The notes beneath the pieces were generated by a model. It searched no databases and was not told where the DNA came from. It worked only from the letters and a program-made list of their open reading frames with translations. The position numbers and the translations under genes were made by a program. Positions 1-8,562 of a stretch of DNA of 64,000 nt are shown in pieces (within the stretch, counting starts at the first letter, position 1; the number at the start of each line of letters is the position of its first letter). The stretch is taken from the NCBI GenBank assembly GCA_044229245.1, contig JBGATI010000001.1:130346-194345 (forward strand). Direction: 5' to 3'. This stretch comes from Gemmatimonadales bacterium (GTDB lineage Bacteria > Gemmatimonadota > Gemmatimonadetes > Gemmatimonadales > GWC2-71-9).

Positions 1-840
1 GAGCGAGGCCACCGCGGCGAGCAGCCGCGGTGCCGCGGCCTTCAGGTCGCGCGGCACTTCCTGGCCGTCGGACATCCAGCGCATCGGCAGCCGGGACTCG
101 GCCGCCGCATCGAAGAGGCTCCAGTCATCGAGCGCCTCGTCGAGCTTGGTCGGCAGAAGGTGCGTGATGCCCTGGGAGCGGTAGGCGTCGATCGTCCGCC
201 GGACGTGGCTCTCCTGCATGCCGGCGGGGAGGACCAGGTGGACTTCGTGCGGCGCGAGCTGGGTCAGCCACTGCCGCACCTGCTGCGTGTCGGCGTGGAG
301 GCGGGGGCCGCGTCCCGGCGTGTCGACGAAGATCAGATCGCGGTCGGCAAGCCGGCGGAGCGCCAGCGTCAGGTCCGACGCCTCGTAGATCACCTCCAGC
401 GGCAGGCCGGCGATCTCGGCGTAGGTGCGGATCTGCTCCACCGCGCCGACCCGGTAGGTGTCGAGACAGAGGAAGCCGATCCGCTTGCGGCGGAAGTACT
501 CGGGATGCGTGGCGAGCTTGGCGATCGAGGTCGTCTTGCCGACGCCGGTCGGACCGACGAAGGCGATGACCCGCGGCGACGCATCGTTCTCACGGTGCCG
601 CGCGAAATCATCCGGGCCCGGCGCGCTCTTGAGCAGCGGATGGCTGCCGCCATCGGGCGCCATGCGGCGGCGCTCATCGGCCGCACTGACGGCATCGGTG
701 GCGAGGACCTGGTAGTAGGAGGAACCGTCCGGGGCGCGCAGCGTGCGCACCGCGATGATCTCGGCATCCGGCCCAAGCGCCTGACTGGCGCGCGACAGCA
801 GCATGTCGACGGCGTGGCCGGTGAAGGACTCAAGCGGCAC
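1..840 (-). CDS. flhF: Flagellar biosynthesis GTPase FlhF (3' end runs off the window)
   Basis: Not in the ORF track because there is no stop in the window. Hand translation of the minus frame gives VPLESFTGHAVDMLLSRASQALGPDAEIIAV... and the SRP-type P-loop VGPTGVGKTTSIAKLA (nt 529-558). A GTG at 840 overlaps the flhA stop. It sits directly downstream of flhA, as in fla/che operons. Confidence 0.85.
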   Translation of the reverse strand, partial: MPLESFTGHAVDMLLSRASQALGPDAEIIAVRTLRAPDGSSYYQVLATDAVSAADERRRMAPDGGSHPLLKSAPGPDDFARHRENDASPRVIAFVGPTGVGKTTSIAKLATHPEYFRRKRIGFLCLDTYRVGAVEQIRTYAEIAGLPLEVIYEASDLTLALRRLADRDLIFVDTPGRGPRLHADTQQVRQWLTQLAPHEVHLVLPAGMQESHVRRTIDAYRSQGITHLLPTKLDEALDDWSLFDAAAESRLPMRWMSDGQEVPRDLKAAAPRLLAAVASL

Positions 841-3010
841 GGGGAAGCTCCCAGGTGGCGATGCTGTGAACGGGTGTCTGGGCCGGCAGTTCGCCCAGCG
901 AGAGAATCGGCAGATTCGGCATGACCGGCTCCACCAGCCGGCGGACCCCGATACGGAGCGACGGCGGCGTGATCAGCGGGCGGAACTGGCCGTCCCGCTT
1001 GTGGAGCGTCATGAGGTCGTTGAGCGAGCGGAGCGCGGCGGTGAGATCCTCCGGCTCGAGCGCGCGGGCGCCTTCGCGCATGGGCCGCGGGCTGAAGAGC
1101 CCCATCAAGGCCGCCTCGAGACGCGGCCCCATCGTGATGCCGCTGATGGTGCCGTCGCCGTCGTCGTAGATCTGCACCAGCACGGTGGCGAGGGTGCGAC
1201 GGACCTGCTCGCACAGCGCCTCCGGATCCTTCGTGGTCTCGGCCGCGTCGGAGAGGGTCTCGAGGATGAGCGCGAGGTCGCGGATCGGGACGCCTTCCTT
1301 CAGCAGGCGCTGCAGCACGCGATGCACCGTGCCGAGGGACAGCTTGCCGGGGATGGTGTCGTCGACCAGGGCCGGGTGGGTCTCCTTCAGCGCGTCCAGC
1401 AGCTCGCGGACATTCTGGCGCGACAGCAGCTCGGCGGCGTGGTGCTTGATCGTCTCCATCAGGTGCGTGGAAAGCACCGTCTGCGGCTCGACGACGCTGT
1501 AGCCGTTCGCCTCCGCCTCGACCCGGCGATCGGGCATGATCCACACCGCCGCCAGGCCGAAACTCGGATCGGTGGTCCGGATGCCGTCGATCGGCGCCGC
1601 GATGCCGGTCGTGTCCAGCGCGAGCAGGTAGCGGGGGAGCACCTCGCCGCTCGCCACCCGCACGCCGCGGAGCTTGATGGCGTATTCGGTGGCCGGAAGC
1701 TGGATGTTGTCGCGGATGCGCGCCGGTGGTACGATGATGCCCATCTCGACCGCAAGCTGTTTCCGCATGAGGCCGATGCGCTGCAGCAGGTCGCCCTTCT
1801 GCGCCTCGTCCACCAGCGGGACCAGGGCGTATCCGACTTCGACCTCGAGCGGTTCCACCTGCAGCAGGTCCTTGATCGGCGAGCCCTCCGGCTTCGCCGA
1901 CGGCTTCACCTGGACCATCGCCTCCGGGGCCTTCTCGCGCTCTTCGCGGGCGCGCACCATCCACGCGGCACCGGCGAGCAGACCGGAGAGGAGGAAGAAC
2001 GGCAGCATCGGGAAGCCCGGCGCGAGACCCATCAGGCCGAGAATGCCGGACGAGATCCAGAGCGCGCCCTGGTGCCGCATCATCTGCGACGCGATTGCGG
2101 GACCGACGCGCGGACTCTTGGAGCCGTACGTGACGATGATGCCGGCGGCGGTGCTGACGATCAGCGCCGGGATCTGGGTGACGAGGCCGTCGCCCACGGT
2201 CAGGCTGGTGAAGGTGCCGAGGGCCTCCTTCGCGGTCATCCCCTGCTGGGTGATGCCGATGAGGAAGCCGCCCACCAGGTTGATGCCGGTGATCAGGAGG
2301 CCGGCGATGGCGTCGCCGCGGACGAACTTGGCGGAACCGTCCATCGCGCCATAGAAGTCGGCGTAGCGCTGGATCTCCTCGCGCCGGCGCCGCGCCTCGG
2401 CCTCGTCGATGAGGCCGGCGCCGAGGTCGGCGTCGATGCTCATCTGCCGGCCGGGCATGGCGTCGAGGGTGAACCGCGCCGCGACTTCGGCCACCCGCCC
2501 CGCGCCCTTCGTGATCACCATGAAGTTGATCACGACCAGGATCAGGAAGATCACCAGGCCGACGATGTAGTTGCCGCCGATCACCGCATTGCCGAACGCC
2601 GCGATGACCTCGCCGGCGTGGCCGTGGCTCAGGATGAGGCGGGTGCTGTTCACGTTGAGGCCGAGCCGGAGCAGCGTGACCAGCAGCAGCAGGCTCGGGA
2701 AGATGCTGAACTCGAGCGGATCGCTGACCGAGAGGGTCACCAGCAGGACCAGCACCGAGATGGCGAAGCTCGTGGCGAGCAGCGCGTCGAGCATGACGGC
2801 CGGCAGCGGCACGATCAGCAGGGCGACGACCACCACGACGGCGAGCGCCAGCCAGGTCTCGGCGCCGCCACCCATCTTGCTCATCAGCCCTTCGGCGGCG
2901 CCCAGCGAGCCACCACCGGCGGCCGTCTTGCCGCGCGACGATGCGCTGCCGCGGGAGGAGTTCTCGGTCACGATCGGCGCCGTGCTGACGGCGGCGGAGG
3001 GCGCGGTCAT
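830..3010 (-). CDS. flhA: Flagellar type III export apparatus protein FlhA
   Basis: 726 aa. Contains FHIPEP motifs (SIFPSLLLLVTLLRLGLNVNSTRLIL, VVINFMVITKGAGRVAEVAARFTLDAMPGRQMSIDAD) and a full cytoplasmic C-terminal domain. ATGA overlap with the flhB stop. Confidence 0.97.
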   Translation of the reverse strand: MTAPSAAVSTAPIVTENSSRGSASSRGKTAAGGGSLGAAEGLMSKMGGGAETWLALAVVVVVALLIVPLPAVMLDALLATSFAISVLVLLVTLSVSDPLEFSIFPSLLLLVTLLRLGLNVNSTRLILSHGHAGEVIAAFGNAVIGGNYIVGLVIFLILVVINFMVITKGAGRVAEVAARFTLDAMPGRQMSIDADLGAGLIDEAEARRRREEIQRYADFYGAMDGSAKFVRGDAIAGLLITGINLVGGFLIGITQQGMTAKEALGTFTSLTVGDGLVTQIPALIVSTAAGIIVTYGSKSPRVGPAIASQMMRHQGALWISSGILGLMGLAPGFPMLPFFLLSGLLAGAAWMVRAREEREKAPEAMVQVKPSAKPEGSPIKDLLQVEPLEVEVGYALVPLVDEAQKGDLLQRIGLMRKQLAVEMGIIVPPARIRDNIQLPATEYAIKLRGVRVASGEVLPRYLLALDTTGIAAPIDGIRTTDPSFGLAAVWIMPDRRVEAEANGYSVVEPQTVLSTHLMETIKHHAAELLSRQNVRELLDALKETHPALVDDTIPGKLSLGTVHRVLQRLLKEGVPIRDLALILETLSDAAETTKDPEALCEQVRRTLATVLVQIYDDGDGTISGITMGPRLEAALMGLFSPRPMREGARALEPEDLTAALRSLNDLMTLHKRDGQFRPLITPPSLRIGVRRLVEPVMPNLPILSLGELPAQTPVHSIATWELPRAA

Positions 3011-4095
3011 CTAGACCTCCGCGACGGCAGCTGGGTGCCCTTGCGCCGGAAGACGAAGGCGATCACTTCGGCGACGGCGACGTAGAGAGCCGGCGGAATC
3101 GGGGTGCCCACCTTGGCGGTGGCGAAGAGCGCCCGGGCCAGCGGCTTGTTCTCGATGATCGGCACGCCGGCCTTGATCGCGATCTCCCTGATGCGCTTGG
3201 CCAGCAGCCGCTCGCCCATGGCGAGCACGACCGGCGCCGGCGAGACGAGCGGATCGTACTTGAGCGCGACGGCGATGCGGGTCGGGTTGGTCACCACCAC
3301 GTCCGCGGTCGCGACGTTGGTCAGCATCCGCTTCCGGGCCATCGCCTTCTGCAACTGGCGGATCCGGCCCTTGACCATCGGGTCGCCTTCCGTCTGGCGA
3401 TGCTCCTGCACCACCTCCTGCTTGGTCATGCGCAGGCTCTTCTCGAACTGCCAGACCTGGAAGCCGTAGTCGAGGGCCGCGATCGCCAGGAAGACGAGCC
3501 CGACGAACATCGCCATGCGGATCGCGAGCTCGCGGGTGATCCCGAGGATCTGCTCGACGCCGGCGCCGCTGGTGGAGAGAATCTCCGGCCAGGCGCGATG
3601 CAGCACGCCCCAGGCGACGAAGGCGATGACGGCGAATTTGAGGATGGCCTTGAAGACGTTGAAGAGCGCCTGCGCGCTGAAGAGCCGGCCCATGCCGGCG
3701 ATCGGATCGATGTGCGAGAGCTTGGGGCTCAGCGCCTCCGGCGCGACGACGCCACGGGCCTGGATCGCGTTGACCAGGAGCGTGATCGCCATCAGCGCAC
3801 CGAAGAACGGCGCCAGCGCCACCAGCGTGGCCTGACCCACCTGCTGAAGGATCGTGACCGCGCCGTTGGCGGTCATCGGCACCGCCGTGAGCCAGCCGGC
3901 GCCGGCCTGCAGCATCGAGACGGCGTGATGCGCGAGCGTCGCGCCACCGGCCACGGCGAGGGTGAAGGTGCCCGCGATGAGCAGGGTCGCCGCGGACAGC
4001 TCCTGGCTCCGGGGCACCCGCCCTTCCTGCATCGCCTCTTCGCGGCGCTTGGGCGTTGCATCTTCGGTGCGTTCCTGGCCGTCGCTCTGTGCCAT
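3007..4095 (-). CDS. flhB: Flagellar export apparatus switch protein FlhB
   Basis: 362 aa. N-terminus MAQSDGQERTEDATPKRREEAMQEGRVPRSQEL, four TM segments, and an autocleavage-region context ...VVVTNPTRIAVALKY (NPTH-like NPTR). Confidence 0.95.
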   Translation of the reverse strand: MAQSDGQERTEDATPKRREEAMQEGRVPRSQELSAATLLIAGTFTLAVAGGATLAHHAVSMLQAGAGWLTAVPMTANGAVTILQQVGQATLVALAPFFGALMAITLLVNAIQARGVVAPEALSPKLSHIDPIAGMGRLFSAQALFNVFKAILKFAVIAFVAWGVLHRAWPEILSTSGAGVEQILGITRELAIRMAMFVGLVFLAIAALDYGFQVWQFEKSLRMTKQEVVQEHRQTEGDPMVKGRIRQLQKAMARKRMLTNVATADVVVTNPTRIAVALKYDPLVSPAPVVLAMGERLLAKRIREIAIKAGVPIIENKPLARALFATAKVGTPIPPALYVAVAEVIAFVFRRKGTQLPSRRSR

Positions 4096-4096
4096 G

Positions 4097-4903
4097 CTAT
4101 TTCACCGCGGGGCTGAGCGTGAAGGCCTGGATCGTCTGACCGACGAGACCCGGCAGCGTGTCGATGGAACCGGTGATGAACGACGCGAGGAACGGCAGCG
4201 TGGCGGCGAGTGCCACCATGCCGATGCTGATGGTGATCGGGAACGACACCATCATCACGTTGAGCTGCGGCACCGCCTTGCCGAGGATCGCCAGCGCGAG
4301 ATTGGCGAGCAGCAGGGCCACGATGATCGGGGCGGCCGCGCGGACGCCGGTGCTGAACACCGTCGAGGCGAGATCCACCGCCTGACGGGCCCCGCCGGCC
4401 CCGAGCCACGCCTGACCCGGCGGCACGGCGGCGAAGCTCGCGGCGAGTCCGCGATAGAGGGTCAGATGGCCGCCGACGCTCAGGTAGATCAGCATGCCGA
4501 AGTAGCCCTGCAGCTGGCCGATGCCGACGGTGGCGCCGGGCGGCAGCGATCCGAGCGCTTCGCCGAGGGAGAGCCCCATCTGGAGGGAGGCGACCTCGCC
4601 GGCGATCGAGATCCCGTGCAGCACCAGCGCGCCGGTGAGGCCGATCGCGATGCCCATCATCGTCTCGCCCGCCAGCACCAGGCTCATCGCCACCATGTCG
4701 TCGGGCAGCGGCGCGATGTGCGGCAGCGAGGGCAGCAGCACCACGCTGAGCAGCACCACGGCGGCACTCCGTACCGTCTTCGGCACCCCGGTCATCGACC
4801 AGAGCGGGGCCGCCAGGAAGAGCCCGCTCAGCCGGGCGCTCACCAGCACGAAGGTCGGCCAGTCCGAAAGCCCGATGAGCTCGAGAAGTCCGGGGGTCAT
4901 CAT
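4097..4903 (-). CDS. fliR: Flagellar export apparatus protein FliR
   Basis: Polytopic membrane protein (ARLSGLFLAAPLWS...). The start is placed at the ATG at 4903, which overlaps the fliQ stop (ATGATGA). The ORF-track start at 4969 would overlap fliQ by 70 nt. Confidence 0.9.
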   Translation of the reverse strand: MMTPGLLELIGLSDWPTFVLVSARLSGLFLAAPLWSMTGVPKTVRSAAVVLLSVVLLPSLPHIAPLPDDMVAMSLVLAGETMMGIAIGLTGALVLHGISIAGEVASLQMGLSLGEALGSLPPGATVGIGQLQGYFGMLIYLSVGGHLTLYRGLAASFAAVPPGQAWLGAGGARQAVDLASTVFSTGVRAAAPIIVALLLANLALAILGKAVPQLNVMMVSFPITISIGMVALAATLPFLASFITGSIDTLPGLVGQTIQAFTLSPAVK

Positions 4904-5169
4904 CCGACGAGCGTCGGCAGGAGGTTGATTGTCTGGGTGATGTAGCCGACCAGCTCGCGCACCATCCACGGCAGGCTGAGCAGCATCACGATCGCGACGG
5001 CGAGCAGCTTGGGAATGAAGGTCAGCGTCTGCTCCTGGATCTGGGTCAGCGCCTGGACCAGGCTGACCAGCACGCCGATGACGAGGGCGGTCACGAGCAG
5101 CGGCGCCGCCGTGAGGAGGGCCGTCATGACGGCGCGGTTGAGCAGTTCGATCGCGAAGCCGGGAGACAT
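4900..5169 (-). CDS. fliQ: Flagellar export apparatus protein FliQ
   Basis: 89 aa with two TM segments. Contains the typical FliQ core LVSLVQALTQIQEQTLTFIPKLLAV. Confidence 0.95.
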   Translation of the reverse strand: MSPGFAIELLNRAVMTALLTAAPLLVTALVIGVLVSLVQALTQIQEQTLTFIPKLLAVAIVMLLSLPWMVRELVGYITQTINLLPTLVG

Positions 5170-5173
5170 GGCG

Positions 5174-6274
5174 TCAGACCTGGAAGCCGGTGACGAGTCG
5201 CTGGACCACCAGACTCCAGCCGTCCGCGAGGACGAAGAGCATCAGCTTGAACGGCAGCGAGATCATCACGGGCGGGAGCATGAACATGCCCATGCTCATC
5301 AGCACCGAGGCGACGATCAGGTCGACCACCACGAAGGGGAGGAAGATCACGAAGCCCATCTGGAAGGCGGTGCGCAGCTCGCTGGTGACGAAGGCGGCGG
5401 TCACCGTCAGGACCGGGAGCGCCTCGAGGCTGTCCGCATCCTGCGCGTTGGTCAGCTCGGCGAAGGTGCCGAGATCCTTCTCCCGGGTGTTCGCCAGCAT
5501 GAAGTGCTTGAGCGGCACCAGCGCCTTCTTGTAGGCGTCGACCTGGCTGATCTGGCCGTTCAGGTAGGGCTGGATCGCGTCGTCGTTGGCGGTCTTCATC
5601 ACCGGCTGCATCACGACCCCGGTGAGCAGCACTGCGAGGGCGACCAGCAGCTGCCCCGGCGGGGCGGTCTGGGTGCCGATCGCCGTCCGGACGAAGTGCA
5701 GCACGATGACGATGCGGGTGAAGCTCGTCATCAGGAGGAAGACCGCGGGGAGCAGCGTCATCGCGCCCATGAAGACGACGATGCCGACGGCGCCGGAGAG
5801 CTGCAGCTGATCGGAGCCCTGCCCGATGGTGAGCGACACGCGCGGGGCGACTGGCCCCTGCACGGCGCCGGCCGGCGTCGCGCGGTGCTGGCTCGCCGCC
5901 GCCTGGGCGCGGGCCGCCATCGGCAGCACCGACAGCGCCAGGACCAGCGGGAGATAGCGGAGCAGTCCCGGACGCAGCTTGGCCCGCGCGGCCCGCGCCG
6001 TCGCCGGCGGCTCGAGGGCGATCTCGAGATCGGGACCGTCGAGCTCGGTCAGCAGCCGCGCCCCGTCGTCCCCGAGCGAGACGACCAGGACCCGCTCGCC
6101 GACCCGGACCAGGGCGACACCCTGCTTCGGGCCGGTGGCGATGCGGCGAATGACTTCGAGCGGCAGACGACTGTTCTGCGGACGCACCCCGCCGGGCGTG
6201 AAGCGCTTGAGCGCCCAGACCCCGAGGGCGAGCATGCCCAGGGTGAACAGCAGCGAAGCAAAGGCGCCGAGCAT
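5174..6274 (-). CDS. fliP: FliO-like N-terminal module fused in frame to FliP (export gate)
   Basis: 366 aa. Residues 1 to about 95 look like FliO (TM helix plus LEVIRRIATGPKQGVALVRVGERVLVVS). Residues about 99-125 look like a signal peptide (LRYLPLVLALSVLPMAARAQA). The rest is a complete FliP (MTSFTRIVIVLHFVR, GFVIFLPFVVVDLIVASVLMSMGM). There is no stop codon between the two parts. Confidence 0.9.
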   Translation of the reverse strand: MLGAFASLLFTLGMLALGVWALKRFTPGGVRPQNSRLPLEVIRRIATGPKQGVALVRVGERVLVVSLGDDGARLLTELDGPDLEIALEPPATARAARAKLRPGLLRYLPLVLALSVLPMAARAQAAASQHRATPAGAVQGPVAPRVSLTIGQGSDQLQLSGAVGIVVFMGAMTLLPAVFLLMTSFTRIVIVLHFVRTAIGTQTAPPGQLLVALAVLLTGVVMQPVMKTANDDAIQPYLNGQISQVDAYKKALVPLKHFMLANTREKDLGTFAELTNAQDADSLEALPVLTVTAAFVTSELRTAFQMGFVIFLPFVVVDLIVASVLMSMGMFMLPPVMISLPFKLMLFVLADGWSLVVQRLVTGFQV

Positions 6275-6666
6275 CAGACCAGCTCGCGCTGACTGACCGG
6301 CTGATCGGCCCCGGCGACGATGCGGGTGATGCGGACCCCGAAGTGCTCCCCGATGACGACCACTTCGCCCTCGGCCAGCTTGCGGTCGGAGACGTAGATG
6401 TCGATCGGCTCACCGACCATGCGGTCGAGCTGGATGACCGAGCCGCTGCCGAGCTCGAGCACTTCCTGCACCGTCATGTGGGTGCGGCCGAACTCGATCG
6501 CGACCGGCAGCGACATGTCGAGCAGGGTATCGAGCGAGCCACCGGTGCCAATCGGCATCGCGGCGGCCCGGCCACCCTGAGAGAGTTCGGAGAGATCCGG
6601 GGTCCGGGCCGCCGGCTCACCCTTCGCGCCACCCGCCATCATGCGGTTGATTTCGTCCTGATCCAT
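6274..6666 (-). CDS. fliN: Flagellar motor switch protein FliN
   Basis: 130 aa. C-terminal SpoA domain LPVAIEFGRTHMTVQEVLELGSGSVIQLDRMVGEPIDIYVSDRKLAEGEVVVIGEHFGVRI. Confidence 0.93.
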   Translation of the reverse strand: MDQDEINRMMAGGAKGEPAARTPDLSELSQGGRAAAMPIGTGGSLDTLLDMSLPVAIEFGRTHMTVQEVLELGSGSVIQLDRMVGEPIDIYVSDRKLAEGEVVVIGEHFGVRITRIVAGADQPVSQRELV

Positions 6667-6669
6667 GAC

Positions 6670-7677
6670 CTATACCAGCCTTCCGCGCGCGACTTTAGGG
6701 GTGCCTTCGGGACGCTGCGTCTGCAGGATGTTCGAGATACGGAGCCCCACGTAACGGCGACTCTGGCCGAGCGTGCCGAGGAAGCGGCGCTGGCCGCGCA
6801 CATGGAGTTCGACAGGGACGTCGGAGGCATGGCCGGTGTGGATCACCTGGCCGACTTCGAGGCGGCCGATATCGCGCGCCTTGAGATTGAAGAGCGGAAA
6901 CCGGGCCCGCAGATCCAGCCGCGACGCCCTGAGCGACTCCTCGATCGCGCGCCGTCCGGCGTCACGCTCGGCAGGACTCGCCTTGACGCTGTGGAAGTGC
7001 CGGGTCGGCTTTTCCTGCAGGAAGGTCTCGAGCGAGAGGAGCGGCACGCACATCGTGATGAGCCCGGAGAAGGAGCCGGCCCGCACCTCGATGTTGCTCA
7101 CGAGCACGTTGTCTTCCCGGTTCGCGATCTGGAGCGCGTCGGGCGAGGACTCGAAGCTCGCGTAGCTCGGGATGAAGTGGAGGTGCTCGACCCACGCCTC
7201 CTCCACCAGACCCCAGATGCGGTCCGCCATGCCGCGCACCACCGTCCGCTCGAGCAGCGTGAGCGGCCGCTTGATGTCCTGCGCATCGCCCGGGCCGCCG
7301 AACAGGCGGTCGAGCACGTAGTAGGAGAAGTCGGTCCCGAGATCGAGCGCGGCCTGCCCGCCGATCTTGTCGCCCAGCTCGTAGACGTAGGCCGCGCACG
7401 GCGTGGCCAGCGAGAAGATGAACTCGGCGAAGGTCGCCTGCTCCACGCTCGACAGCACCACGTCCACCGAGGTGCGAAGCCGCGACGAGAAGAGCGCCTG
7501 GAGCGAGACGGCGATGCGCTGATAGATCCCGTTCAGCAGCGCCTGCCGGTCCTTCGCGATGCGCGGAGGGCGGAGAAAGTTGTACGGAATGACTTCGACC
7601 GGGCTGTCCGCGGGCGACACCGGGGAGGCGCCCTTGAGCAGCGAGTCGATGTCCTTCTGGGAGAAGACGTCGGCCAT
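6670..7677 (-). CDS. fliM: Flagellar motor switch protein FliM
   Basis: 335 aa. CheY-P binding N-terminus MADVFSQKDIDSLL, a FliM middle domain and a C-terminal SpoA-like domain. Confidence 0.93.
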   Translation of the reverse strand: MADVFSQKDIDSLLKGASPVSPADSPVEVIPYNFLRPPRIAKDRQALLNGIYQRIAVSLQALFSSRLRTSVDVVLSSVEQATFAEFIFSLATPCAAYVYELGDKIGGQAALDLGTDFSYYVLDRLFGGPGDAQDIKRPLTLLERTVVRGMADRIWGLVEEAWVEHLHFIPSYASFESSPDALQIANREDNVLVSNIEVRAGSFSGLITMCVPLLSLETFLQEKPTRHFHSVKASPAERDAGRRAIEESLRASRLDLRARFPLFNLKARDIGRLEVGQVIHTGHASDVPVELHVRGQRRFLGTLGQSRRYVGLRISNILQTQRPEGTPKVARGRLV

Positions 7678-7684
7678 CAGAGTC

Positions 7685-8248
7685 TCACTGGATGACGAAC
7701 TGCGGGAGGAACACCTTGAGCGGCACCTTGGGCCCGACGATCGACCCCGCCGCCACCGCGATCTTGACCTTCAGGCTGTCCCGCGCCCCCGGCATCGTCA
7801 GCTGCGCCATCGTCTGACTCTCGAGGATCGAGGTCACCTTGTCCCGGAATTCCACCTCGTGATCGGTGAGGACCTTCTGGGCCTCCTCGTTCGCGATCGA
7901 CACCGCGACGCTCGCCATGAGGAACCGCGTGCCCTGGGACCCCGCCGGATTGACGATGATGTTGGAGAGCTGGACCATCTTCTTCTCGCCCCCCTCGCCT
8001 TCGCCGCCCTTGCCTTCGGCGGCGCCGGCTTCTCCCTCGGGCTTGCTCTCGCCCCCCGCCTCGGCAGAGTCGGCGTGGGCCGCCGCCGGGGCCTGACGGG
8101 CGATGATCTTCGGCGCGACGACGACCGCGGCGATCAGCCCGCCCGCCAGCGCGCCCACGAATGTCAGGGCGCCGATCAGCCCCGCCTTCTTGCCGCCCGC
8201 GGGGGCGGCCGCCGCCGCGCCTTCAGCCGCTGCTGCTGCTTCAGCCAT
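7685..8248 (-). CDS. fliL: Flagellar basal-body-associated protein FliL
   Basis: 187 aa. Ala-rich N-terminus with one TM segment. FliL core VQLSNIIVNPAGSQGTRFLMASVAVSI...LKVFLPQFVIQ. Located just before fliM. Confidence 0.85.
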   Translation of the reverse strand: MAEAAAAAEGAAAAAPAGGKKAGLIGALTFVGALAGGLIAAVVVAPKIIARQAPAAAHADSAEAGGESKPEGEAGAAEGKGGEGEGGEKKMVQLSNIIVNPAGSQGTRFLMASVAVSIANEEAQKVLTDHEVEFRDKVTSILESQTMAQLTMPGARDSLKVKIAVAAGSIVGPKVPLKVFLPQFVIQ

Positions 8249-8310
8249 TGCTGCTGCTCTCCTGGGATGGACAACTTCACCGGATCGGGATGCGCTTCGG
8301 GGGGGTCAAA

Positions 8311-8326
8311 GGCAACGCGCGTACCA
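8311..8326 (-). promoter_or_regulatory. Sigma54-type -24/-12 promoter upstream of fliL
   Basis: The minus strand reads TGGTACGCGCGTTGCC, against the consensus TGGCACG-N4-TTGCW (GG-N10-GC spacing is correct). It lies about 65 nt upstream of the fliL ATG. An AGGAGA Shine-Dalgarno sequence precedes the ATG. Confidence 0.6.
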
Positions 8327-8476
8327 TCCCGCGGCCTCCAGCTAGCTGTTTGTGATTGCACGAGTTAGGTCTGGCGTCCGCGATCGCGGGGAAGGAAACA
8401 GGAAGAAAGTGCCGAACCGCCAGACGGGAGTTGCCGGGCGGACGGGAAGGCTCCGACCACGGGGCTCGGCATGCGA

Positions 8477-8510
8477 AACGGCCCTCGCCACCGTCGTGGG
8501 GAGGGCCGTT
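8477..8510 (-). terminator. Intrinsic terminator hairpin downstream of flgE
   Basis: AACGGCCCTC...GAGGGCCGTT forms a 10-bp stem, with an inner CCAC/GTGG pairing. On the minus strand it is followed by TTTCGC. It lies about 55 nt after the flgE stop. Confidence 0.6.
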
Positions 8511-8562
8511 CCGTTCGCTCCGCTATGCTATGCTGCGGGTGCCACTACCGCTCCTGCCTGTC

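Noticed and set aside
160-1964. Long ORFs 160..924(+), 390..1964(-), 458..715(+) and similar overlapping flhF/flhA
   Set aside because: Their translations are Arg/Pro/Gly/Ala-rich with no recognisable family. They lie out of frame or antisense to clearly homologous flagellar genes. This is the typical open-frame artefact of very GC-rich DNA.
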